Assembly (NCBI RefSeq): GCF_018350175.1
Contig: NC_058370.1
Coordinates: 90,644,001-90,708,000, forward strand
Reading direction: 5' to 3'
DNA length: 64,000 nt
Source: Felis catus
Lineage: Eukaryota
This document shows, piece by piece, positions 24,121 to 38,487 of this stretch. Made by a program: the position numbers and the translations under genes. The notes under the pieces were generated by a model. It made no database searches. It was not told the origin of the DNA and was given only the letters and a program-made list of their open reading frames with translations. Position 1 is the stretch's first letter, and each line of letters starts with the position of its first letter.

Positions 24121-26934
24121 TCAGTCAGCCTCCTGGGCCTGTCTCTCTGTGAATCTCCTGTGAGACATAGAAAGAAGACATTGTGTGGGCTTTGTCGTAT
24201 TGTCCCTATAATTACCACTTTTCTCCAACCTACCCCTTCCTGCCCACTGTCCTCTAAGCCCCTCACCTTCTCGCGTATTCATACAGTGCCTGCTTGCGCT
24301 CCTGTAGGCTCTCCTGCCGGGCCCAGGAGGACTTGGCAAATGTGAGGGCTGTGGGCTGAGGGGTCACCAGGCCAGNNNNNNNNNNNNNNNNNNNNNNNNN
24401 NNNNNNNNNNNNNNNNNNNNNNNNNNNNNNNNNNNNNNNNNNNNNNNNNNNNNNNNNNNNNNNNNNNNNNNNNNNNNNNNNNNNNNNNNNNNNNNNNNNN
24501 NNNNNNNAGGGAGTATGAAGACTGCCCCTACCCACCCAAGTCCTGTACCTAACCATTTCCTGGGTCCCACCTTGGGAGCGGAGGCTGTGGAAAGGGACTG
24601 GGTCCCTTCAGTGATATCTTCAGGCATGAACGCTACAGCTCCCTCAAGCAGATTAGTGATGGTCAAGTCTACACAGCCAGTCCTGGCTGGGGAGAGAGGA
24701 AGAAAGAAGGGAGTCTGTTTCCCTGCTGTACTTCTCCCCTCACCACCCACTTTTTCTCTCTGTGCCTGTCTCCTGTGTGAGGCTACCCTTTCCCATACCC
24801 AGGTCTCTCTGGATGACGCCCAGTGGCACATGGGGTAAAACCTCCTTGACTCTCTGAGCCAGAGTTGCCAGCTGCACATCAGGAGAAGGGCCAGGGGAGG
24901 GAGGGAAAGAAGACTGGGCTGCAAAAAAGAAATCCGAAACATGGTGAGTGGAGAACTGGGAGGAAGGAGAGGCTGACTAGCAAGGAATAGGAAGGAAATC
25001 ACAATAGGCTGTAAAACCCCAAAAAACTTTGTGTACAGAGACCATATACCTGACTGAGGGCGCAATCTGGGGTGTCTTTGTCGTTTCATGTGTTCTGCTT
25101 TGTCTGCTGGAGTGAGCCGTGTCCCTGTCTGGCCCAATTCTTTGGCCAACAGCTAGGGAGAATTGGAAGGTTGAAAGTGTTAAGGTTGCAAGACTTCCTC
25201 CTTCTAGTCTTAAGGAAAAACTCCACCTCCACCCTGCCTGTGTACCCTACCACCTGTTGTACACGGAGGGCAAACTCCTCATTCCCCTCCCCTAGCTGGC
25301 GATGAACAGGACGGAGCCATCTGCAAAAAATAAAAAAATAAAAAAATCCAGGACTATGTTGAGTGCACCTGGGGTACAGTGTGTCACCCTCTCCCCATTT
25401 TGATATTTCGTTTCATGGAACAGTTGTGATTAGGGTGGGGAGACAGTAAACACTTTGCATTGCCTCTGTGATAGAATCTTGATACTAAAAGATCTGCAAA
25501 AGGACAAGAAGAGGCAGCCTCTTCAAGGAAGAGGTGAGCTTCTCCCAGCACCAAAAAAGAAGACAGTTAATACCTTATTTGATACACGGTGAAAGGGACG
25601 AAAAGTGACCACAGCAGTTCTGAGACCCAGGAGGCATCGGACACGGTCTGAAGGAAGGGCATGAAGGGAGGTCTAAGCCTCGGCCAGGAATGGGAAATTT
25701 GCCCTCCAAGCCCCAGAGATTCCCTGTCCAACACACACTCACCACAGAGACTAGGGGTCTCTGGACTCTCAGGGTAAGAGGTTGTACCACATCCTGAATA
25801 GAAAATGGCCAGGAACTAGAAGAGGGAAGAGAAAGTAGGATGGGATTCTAGCCAGCCTTACTTAGAACAGAAAACTGTCAAACTGTACAAGTAGATAAAT
25901 GAGGAATAAAGAGATAGAGGGGGAAAGAACTAAAAGTGAACAGAAAGGAAATCAACTAGGATGGACAGGGCAGGGCTGAAAACTGTGAAAACTCAAGGGC
26001 CCCCAAGCCTGACCACCTACCCAGCTGGAGACCCATACCTGTGCTCACCCACCTGAAGCGCAGCAGCCCCTNNNNNNNNNNNNNNNNNNNNNNNNNNNNN
26101 NNNNNNNNNNNNNNNNNNNNNNNNNNNNNNNNNNNNNNNNNNNNNNNNNNNNNNNNNNNNNNNNNNNNNNNNNNNNNNNNNNNNNNNNNNNNNNNNNNNN
26201 NNNNNNNNNNNNNNNNNNNGGGACTATTGAGTAGAGGCTAGAAACGGAAAAAAGAGAAAGCAAAAAAGGAATATTGAGAAGTGAGAAAAATTGACATATG
26301 GGGTAGAGAAGCCGGATTAGGGGTAAGATTCAGTATTTCGTGGTCCCCAAGGGAAACCTGGGAGGGCAAAGGGGAGCCTTGGGCTGGGCCCCAGGGAACC
26401 GCCCCGTGGCACTCTCGGCTTCGCCCCCCACTCACGGTGCTACAGCTGGTGAGCAGATTGACTATGTTGTGGTCGAAAGGTGTCACGTGGTTGGAAATGA
26501 GGACCCTGACGCGGTGATCCCGGAGTCCCGAGTCCTCCTGCCGGGCCACGAGCCCCAGCACCGCACACATGGTCCGCACCACGAACCTGGGGACGCAGGC
26601 AGTGGTGACTTCACGGCCTCGGGCCGGGCCCAGCCCTGACCCTCCCGGAATCCCTGGGTTGTTACCTGCGAAGGACGCTGTCTGGCAGAGCGCAGCTGAC
26701 CAGGAAGACGTGGATCCCAAGAAAGAGCCGCAGGACGAGGAGGCAGAACCCGACGGGAGCGTAGAGCAGCAGCGCGAGGAGCAGGAAGCCGTCACCCGGG
26801 AGCCTGGGGGCGAGAGGCGGGGTGATCGGGCGCCGAAGGCCGTAGTGGATGCGGGAGCCGACCTCTTCCCGCCAGGGCTCTTACCGGTGCGAGTCAAAGA
26901 GCCGCTCCGGCCCCAGCGCTTGGGAAGGCTCCAT
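24121..26934 (-). CDS. AUP1: Ancient ubiquitous protein 1, lipid-droplet/ERAD factor (acyltransferase-like, CUE, G2BR)
   Basis: Exons 26885-26934, 26666-26803, 26436-26586, 26053-26237 (mostly N), 25743-25815, 25574-25647, 25254-25320, 25050-25152, 24799-24918, 24571-24686, 24267-~24385 (5' end in N), 24121-24157. Motifs SNHVTPFD, CUE VKEVLPHVPLGVIQRDL, G2BR WARQESLQERKQALYEYARRRF. Confidence 0.97.
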
Positions 26935-27306
26935 CGCTGCTGCTTTAGGGCTGTCCGACCACGGCCGCCATCTTCGCGCCCCGCCGCAGGGGCTCCTGGG
27001 AAGGTGGAGTCTTCGGGCATCCGCCCAGGGTGCCGGCACCCGAAATCTTGAGGCGCCCCGGAAGGGCTAGCGGTCCCAGCATGCCTCGCGGGCCCTTGGG
27101 CCACCTCAGAACTCGCGTCCCGCGGGGACCACAATTCCCAGCATTCACGGGGCGGAGGCGGAGTCGGCCTCCCGGAATCCTGGGTCCCGGCGTGCACTTC
27201 TGAAGGACTTCAGGTACCGGCGTGCTCCGCGTCCCGCTGTCCGCCGCTCGCGTCCAGGGCACCGCCTCTGTGTAGGGCGGGCGAAGAGGCAGCCGAGGCG
27301 GAGCTG
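26935..27306. promoter_or_regulatory. Bidirectional CpG-island promoter AUP1/HTRA2
   Basis: Divergent ATGs only 372 bp apart; YY1-like cgccatctt at ~26966; ZNF143-like accacaattcccagcattc at ~27128; GC boxes. Confidence 0.85.
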
Positions 27307-30313
<3,007 letters not shown>

Positions 30314-30941
30314 GTGGGTCAGCAGGACTCTGAGGTTCCTGCTCTGATTTCCACCTGGCTTTCCTGGCCTAGGCTCTGAGGGTACCTGGACAGAGGATTA
30401 AATGAACCAGTGGGGGGCAGGTCCCTCCAACCACCAGCACCAATCCCTGGGCTCTGAGGAATCACACAAATGCTTTTTATATAAAATAAAATTATACCTA
30501 GCATCATGTTATAGTCAAAAATAAGGGCGGGGCGGGGGGTACTGATCTTTTTCCCCATGAAGAGGCTAGAGGTAAAGCTGTATTCCCCCTGAACGGAGGG
30601 GAGATACTGGAGCTGACCATTCTGACCTCCCTATTTGAGAAAATGAGCTCCTGCTGTCTGTTGTTCTGGGCAGTCAATCAGGTGCTGCTCTTTGTAGTGT
30701 GCTTCACTCAGTGCTGGGCCTGGGAGCAAAAATTCCCCATGCTTGGCCACAGATCCGGCAGCTGGCATAGGAAGGAGGGCAATAACTTCATTTTGATGTT
30801 TCCACATCCATAGCACACACTGGATGAGCATGGCTGGCCTGCTGACATCAGGGGTTTCTTGGTAAGCTCCTGAGGTAATGGCAGCCTCAGACCCCTGCCA
30901 TTAGGGGCCAGTGGTGGTTTTCAGAGGAGGGTGGCAGCACC

Positions 30942-33900
30942 TTAGATGACCTGGTTGCTGGTCTGGCCAGGGTAGCGCTCAAACTTCCTGTTGGCCTCTT
31001 CACTGAAGGCATCACCTGCAAGGTGAATGGGCAGTTTAGGCAGGGAAACGGACCCATTGTGGGGAAGGGTGAGTAGAAGTGGAGAGGCTGGGAGATCCAG
31101 AGGAGGGTGGGAAGATATAGAACCGACTTGGGGAGAAGAGAATGAAGGCCTTTCCTTCCCATCCCCCAGTCTCTTTGGGCTGCTCTTCCCATCAAATACC
31201 AATGTGGCAGTTGTGCACCCAGATGCGATGTCCATCATATTTGCAGTTACACTTCATTGCGTTGTTGGTGAAGTCACTTTCTGCTACTTCAAAATTGGGG
31301 TTGATGACCACCTGTGAGTGGGAGAAAGTCAATTTGACCAAATCTTCAAATCTTTAACAAACACTCCTCCCACTTGCCAGCTGGATCTCAGGCCCCAGGC
31401 ACCTGCAGAATGTAGTTTCCTGGCTTCACATCTGTGATGTCAATCCACTGGCAGTCGATGTCATGCCGGTAAAGATCCCAGCAACCCACGGTAATGCCCT
31501 GCTCTCCAAAGTTAGCACACTCATACCTCTTGGAGACATCTGAGAGGGATTGGCATATGTCAGTGTGAGGCAAGGCTGTGGGATGGAGATACCGGAGTCT
31601 GGTCTAGGCCCAACTCACCCTCCTGACATTCGGTGTCTTCTAGACAGAAACTAGCTTTGTGGCCCTCAGCCACCTTGGTGCCATTGGGGGTCAGGATATC
31701 ATAGTGAGTGAAGATGTCCATACTGTGGTAATGCCTGTGGGGACAAGGGAACCCCTGTTTTCGTCCCTGCCCCCAGCAGGCTTGCCCCATCTCCAGTGAC
31801 CTTGCCCTTCTACTTGACCCTCTCACCCATGACACTCGTGCCACACCCAGGAGTGGCGCCCGGCCTTGGGCCTGAAGTCAGCTCGTCCCAGGTTGTGGAT
31901 CTGGGAGGAGAATCGGAGCAGACGCCTGTGGCCATAAGGCCAGTTGGCTGAGCGGGCTGAGCGGGCCAGGCAGTTCTCTTCTGCAGCACAGTACAGCATG
32001 TGTAGGGGCCGGTCCTCGATGTAGGCGGTCTCCTGCACCAGTGCTGAGTGCAGCAGCAGGTCTGATGCAGCTGCACATGGAAGGGAGCAGAGTGTTGGAA
32101 GTCACTGCTGAGGGGTGGAGACAGATGGGGGTGCTTCTGCTCCCCCTGTAGAGTGTGAGAGGCTGCTTCTTCACAGGGAAGGAGCACCCCTCCAGATTAT
32201 GGCTCTCTTTTTCCCTCAAAGGGGGTGGCCCAGAGCTTCCCTTCCCTGGCTTGCATCACCTTATCCTTCACTCACTCTCGGAACAGATGACTCCAGCAGT
32301 GAAGCGGGTTCCTGTTCTCTTGCAGGCAATGTGGGTGCCATGATGAGCACACTGGTCCAGGGACAGCTCAGACCCTGTGCAGCGCACTCCACTCATCACC
32401 ACCTCTGTTATATTCCCTGAGTCCCAGTACCAGGTCTCCTGGGGACATATGTTGGTGTTTCTGTGAGACCCCCACCATCCAGCCTCTTGGTCCAAGGGAC
32501 TCATTTCCATAGTCCTCTGCCCCAAACACAGGCTTTGGAGGCAATCGTGTTGGTTTCCCTTTCCTTCCCACTCACCTGCAGGCCATGGTTGGCATAGCCC
32601 AGTCCAAGTTGCCTACAGGCCACCATGGCCTCCAGTGTCCCCCAGTCATCCCCACAGATGAGCCCCCAGCGAAGGGACCCAGGTCCCCCTATTTGCACCT
32701 CCACTCGCCCCTCGTGTTGGCTGCGGCCCCCACTGAGTCGGATCTGTAGTGACACAATGGAAGTTCCGGGTAAGCTTTTGGGGAGGGGTAGTGGGAGCCT
32801 ATAACAGGTATGTGGCTGAACGGTGATTCAGAGGCACATAAAGGCTAGCAAGTGGGGGCATCAGGTGGGAGTTGTAGGATGGCAGGGGCCTGGGACAGTG
32901 GGCTGGGAAGCTGTCAGGCTGCAGATCATGACCAGGACTGGATAGGATGCGAGATTTCTGGACTAAATCGGGAAGATAACTGACCTTGGTCTCTACCCCA
33001 GTGTAGGGCAGGTTGCATCGGACTCCAGCATCTTGGCTATGGGAACAGTCTTCGGCTGTGATGTTCTTGTGGGGGCACCTCCAGAGGGAGGGTTCCTGTC
33101 CAGAGCATCGAACCTCACTTAAGTGGATGGCACCCATGCCTAGGGTCAGAGGTCAAAGATCAGGAGGTTATAACTGGACCTTCATTGTCTGCCCAGGGGT
33201 CTCCTTCCCAAGGACCATACACCACCCCCCGGGAGAGTGTGTACCTCCTCCTTCCCTCTTCCTCCCATTTTCATCCCCCTCACCCTGCCCCATGCGGGCA
33301 CCACTCAGAGCCTCTCGAGCACTCCCGAAGCCCAGCTCCCGACACACCACGCTGGCTGCCTGCAGGTCCCACTTGCGGTCACAGATTGTGCCCCATGTGC
33401 TGGCCTTCAGGACTTCTACCCGGCCCTCTCCAGGGTGGGCCCCACCCTTTAGACGCACTCGGGTCTATAGAGGAGAGAGATGTGCCCAAAGCAGTGAATG
33501 GAAACATCAGCACAGAGAGGGCTAAGTAGACCTGGGTGATAAAGGAGATTCTGGTGGGAGGGAGGGGGTGGTCTCAGGTCTGTGGCCCACCCCCTGAGAG
33601 GTTCCTCTCTGTCCTCAAAGGTCAGGGCTGTGCTAAGTCAGGGGCTGGCTAGGCTAAGGGGTTCTCCACCTGGGGTGGGGAAGGTTATAGTCACTGTCTC
33701 ACACACCTCCCCCTGAGGCTTCGACTGTTGTTGCTTCCTCTGGCCACTGGATGCTGCGTAGAGAGGGCCTGGCACACAGCTCACCACCGCAGGGGCCCCC
33801 CCAGGGCACCTGGTGGTGTCATTGGCACGATAGAACTCCAAGGAGCAGAGGGAGAGGTGGGCCTCCGTGCCCACGCACGCCACCCCATGCAGACCAAAGG

Positions 33901-36236
33901 AGTGTTGCTGCCGCTGGGCCAGCAGCCTGGGGGGACAGGAGTGGGGTGCAGTAGGGTAAAACAATGCTCCTGCCTCTTTGCCGACAACCCTCCTCCCCTC
34001 CATGCCTCCACCATCCCCCAACCTTTCATGACCATTTTATCCCTCTTCTTCCCTTCTTTTCTGCTGTTTCCCTCCTTAGAGACAAAGGGAATGGCAAGTT
34101 TCCAGGCTGAAAGAGCCCAGATTACCCAGATAGGAGGGTCCTTGGGGACCTGCAGCCAAAGACCACTATGGGTAGACAGCTAGTCTTGACTTGCCTGACA
34201 GAAACCTTGCTCCAAATGGCTTCAGGCTGCTGGCCCTAACGAAGGCTGAGGCTGAGGCTGCTGTGCAAAGAGAGTGAGAAGCCAGGACTGCCCAGCTGGA
34301 AGAGATGGGCAGGAGGGAGTAGCTGACACAAACAGGAAGCCTGAAGAACCAGCGTGAGCACATCCTTCTGTTATGCTGAGGCTGAAATAACTGAATGAGT
34401 CAGGATGCAAAGCACTGAGTAAGTCTTGGGTCTAAATGGCTTCTCAGAGGCTAGAGGGTCTTCCAGGCCAGAATATGATGGGTAGTTATGAGAAGATTAT
34501 ACCAGAAGGTGGACATAGGGAAGGACTGGGGCTGGCACATGTGGGAATGAAGATGTACAAATGCAAGACAGACAAAAGTTAGTCCACGTGACCAGAGAAG
34601 GAGAGAATATGCACAACAGAATGGTAGCGGTCTCTCCAGACCTGAGCTGGACTTTAATGAGGTAGTCCATGCTTCTGCAATTTAAACATAACAGAAAGAA
34701 TGTTCTGTAGCCACCCAAGCATGGAAATGGGACTAAACTAGAGATGTTAAACCTTGGAAACCCTTCAGAGAGATGCCTTGAGAGAAGGAGGGGCCTGGTG
34801 TAGGTGTATTGACACCAACGGAGTAAGAGATGGCAGTGAGGCGCGTGGTGAGAGCAGTGCCCAGAGAGGAGGGTTGCTATTGGTGGTATGGGCCTGTGAG
34901 GCTGGCCTGGCAATGAACTATTTCAGTAATGTGCCCATCACTTGAAGTCAGAGGGAGGAAGGTTATGACGACTCAAAGTCATTGCCTAGGAAGATGCAGA
35001 GAGGAGGAAACATAAGCACAACAGACAAGCCTGGAGACTTTACAGAATACCTTTGGAAGCTCAGGATCAGTGGATTCTGAAGCTCAAATAGATCAGGTAC
35101 TCTCCCAAAGTCCTGTTTTGCTGAAAATAAAAGTCAAAGAGGCCACCACAGGAAAAAGATCTTGCTCTTCTAAACTCCCTCCTCCCATTTCCCCACAAGG
35201 AACACAGTAAAAACAGCAGTGTGCCCTTGAATTTGGCGTTCAGGGAAGGCCAGAGCATGGCTATGTTGGGCACAGATGACCCTTAGCTAGAAGGTACTAC
35301 AAGAGTACTCTCAAATTCCAAGCTCCTCTGAAGCCACCACAAGGAGGAGCTGGAGAAGGAGGGCCACCAGGGAACCACTGGGTGATCCCAGAATGTGCAG
35401 AAGAGAGGAGGGGACAGAAGAAAGGGATGAATTCTCTGTGTCTCAGCCACTGCTTAAGAAGTTATCAGGGAGAATTCTCATGTGCAAATGGCCTTTGGAA
35501 GCCTAGTGAGAGGTAATCAGTGGCGTTGGAAGCTTTCCACTCCCTTCGGTTCTGAAGGACCCCACAAGGAAAATCATGGAACTGGGAGCCTAATTGTGTC
35601 AACTGGGCCAGAGACACAGGGGTTATAATCTGAACCCATCCCTGGCAAAGTTTCCAGAGGGGATCCTGAGTCTTACCTCCAAGCTGGTAGCACCTATTTT
35701 TAAAAAATAAAGTTAAGATGGGAACATTGATCCCTTAGGCAAACTTAACTTCTTGGGGGAGAGGCAAGGATGGCATCTGAAGGAGAAAGTGCTAGAGTAT
35801 CTGCTAGAATTCACTGGGAGAAGATAAACAAGCCTGTGGAACAGGAGTTCAGTGGATGAACTTCTATCAAGACTTTCAAAAATCCTGTGATAAGCATAAT
35901 TCCCCAGAAACGAGGATAAGGCCCAGCATCACTTTATGTTTCAGTGACTCATCTGGAAGGTGGTTTCTAATAGCTACTGCCACCTCTCCACCTCTAGGTG
36001 GGGGCCTCTTAGACCCCTTCCTGACCACAGCTCAATTGCCCTGACTCATCATCACTCTGCACTCTCCCTCTCCTCACACCCAGCCTGAACTTCATTTACC
36101 TCTTGATTGATCCCCTGCCCACTCGGGGTTTGGGTTTGACTTTAAGCTTGGTGATTGGTCTGAAAAAAGGAGAAAGAAGTTAGTGGAGGTAGTGGTTAGG
36201 TACGTGGCCCAGGAAAGGTAGAGGGTTTTGTTTTCT

Positions 36237-36267
<31 letters not shown>

Positions 36268-38441
36268 CCTGTTTCCGGGAAGGACACTTTATGCAGAGCG
36301 TGGGAAGGAGTAAAGTGAAGGGGGCCAGGTATTCCACACACTGACGGCTGCACACCACTGAACTCTACTTTAGGAACTCCTGTTGCACTCTGAATTCAAC
36401 CACAGTGATGAAAAATCTAGTCAGTCCAGGGGGTGACGGGAGAAGGGGATACAAGGTAAAAGGAGGAGAGAGAATGGGAATGTGGGTGAACTGAATTAAG
36501 GGGGGTAGGAAGCATGCAGGTGGTTGAGGCTGGAGTCCAAGCTATTTGGGGGAAGCATAAAGATGCGAAGGCTTCTCCTCAGCCATTCCTACATTATTTC
36601 CTCTTTGTACACCCTAAGGTCAAAGCTTGCCCATCCCCATGCCTGCCTCCCCTTCCCTTCCCTACCTCCCCTGGAATGGCCATTGTGCAGTTACATCCCT
36701 AATTCATCAGCTTGGGTTCCGGGATGGACATGGATAGGCTGCCTTCCATCCATCCACCTCCTGGGGCCTCGGGGGCGAGCAGGAGGTCCCGGGGCTCTTG
36801 CCCCATTACCTTCCAAGGGGCTTGGGGCGTCGGGCCGAGGCTTTGGCCGCTCGCTTCCTCAACTTTCTGTGAGGATAAGACAATAGCAGAGTCAAAATCA
36901 GTCTAGAACCAAGTGGGAAAGGCTGGTGCAGCCAGGGGCAAACTTCTTTTCCAACAGGAAAATTGGAAAGTCAACAAGATGTTATAACATCAGATACTCC
37001 CGAGGCTTTACCCTTCACAGCTGTCTGGCCTCACGCGCACATAACCACACTGATGAACAGTAGTGAAATTCGTGGACTCAGGCTGATAGAGCCCCTGTAC
37101 CAGCACGCACAGAAATTACACTAGGGTAGTGAGTGATGGGGACTAGGGGCAATATCAGGGTTGATCTAAACCTCAGGGGAGGTCTATGGGGAAGTGTATA
37201 AGTAGAAGGATGTTAGGATTGTTAAGATCGCCAGACTGACCCAGCAAGGAGAGAGAACTGGTCTGGTCATAGGGAGGCTGACTGTCTTTTATTCTTGGAT
37301 GCTCTTTGACTTCTGGCATTTCCATGTCTGAGGCCAGTGAATTGGGACCAAGCACCAAGGCTGGATGTCCAAGGACAGTAACTTGATTTGACTGGGGAGC
37401 ATGAAGCCAGGCGGCTTAGGATGACAGCATCCTTCCTGCCCAAATTAAATCCCATATGCTTTAGTCATTTACAAACCAAGCTCAGCTCCCAAACTTACGT
37501 CCAGAGAAATAAGTTCTAAAACTTTATTTCTTTTTAATTGGCCTAAATATTTGACCTATTTTATTTTTCAAGAGGTTGGCTTAAGTCTAAGGTCTGGAAA
37601 CTAGGTCTGTTTCTCCTCTCATTCTCCTTTTGATTTCAAAGACTTTTTTTGCCCCTCTTCGTTCTGTCCAACTATGTATAGATGAATGCAGGTTTTGTCT
37701 GTCTGTTCTTCTAAGTTTATGAGACTCCCTGTTATCATCTTAGTTATTCTTTCTTTAAACACGTTCTTACTCTTGTTTCTCCTGAGGAGTCATATCTGGA
37801 CATAGTATACTGTGTGCAGATGCACTGGATGTTAATAAACAGATCTGAAACAGCTCTGAAGTTGCTTGGTATTTCCTGCCCTGGCTTCTTCCTGAGGATG
37901 GATTTAGTTGGTCTTTTTGCCAAAATATCCACTGTGTCCAACATTCCTTGGAAAGAGTGCACAATAAGTCTCAGGTCCCTTTCCTGAGACATTACTAAGA
38001 GTTTAGAACCTTTCATCATGTAAGTATAGGGTGAAACTTTTTCTCCAAATGTCTTTTTCTCAGATATGTCTAAAATGAAATGTATTTTATGTTTTCTTTC
38101 AAGATTACCTTGATCCTCCAACTAGTACTCAGAAAAATGTAGTATTATCTAGGGATGCCTGGGTGGCTCAGTTAAGTGTCAAACTCCTGATTTTGGATTA
38201 GGTTATGATCCCATGGTTCGTGGGATCAAGTCCCATGCTGTCAGCATGGAGTCTGCTTGAGATTTTCTCTCTCCCAATCTCTCTCTCTCTGCCCCTCCTC
38301 CCCTTGCATACATGCTTTCATGCTCTCCCTCTTTCTCTCTCTTAAAATACATAAGCATAAAAAATGTAGTATTATCTAGATCTTGGAGGTACCTCTTCTC
38401 TATTTATAAGGTTTTATATTATACATCATATGGTACATATG

Positions 38442-38487
<46 letters not shown>

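Noticed and set aside
34166-34363. [14 protein letters not shown]… as an alternative signal-peptide first exon of LOXL3
   Set aside because: Phase is compatible but donor GTTTCT is weak and no promoter evidence is visible; better explained as the acceptor region of cassette C
35677-35693. 17-nt candidate LOXL3 microexon (tag|GTGCTACCAGCTTGGAG|gtaaga)
   Set aside because: Strong donor but A-rich acceptor and frameshifting length; needs further weak exons to restore frame
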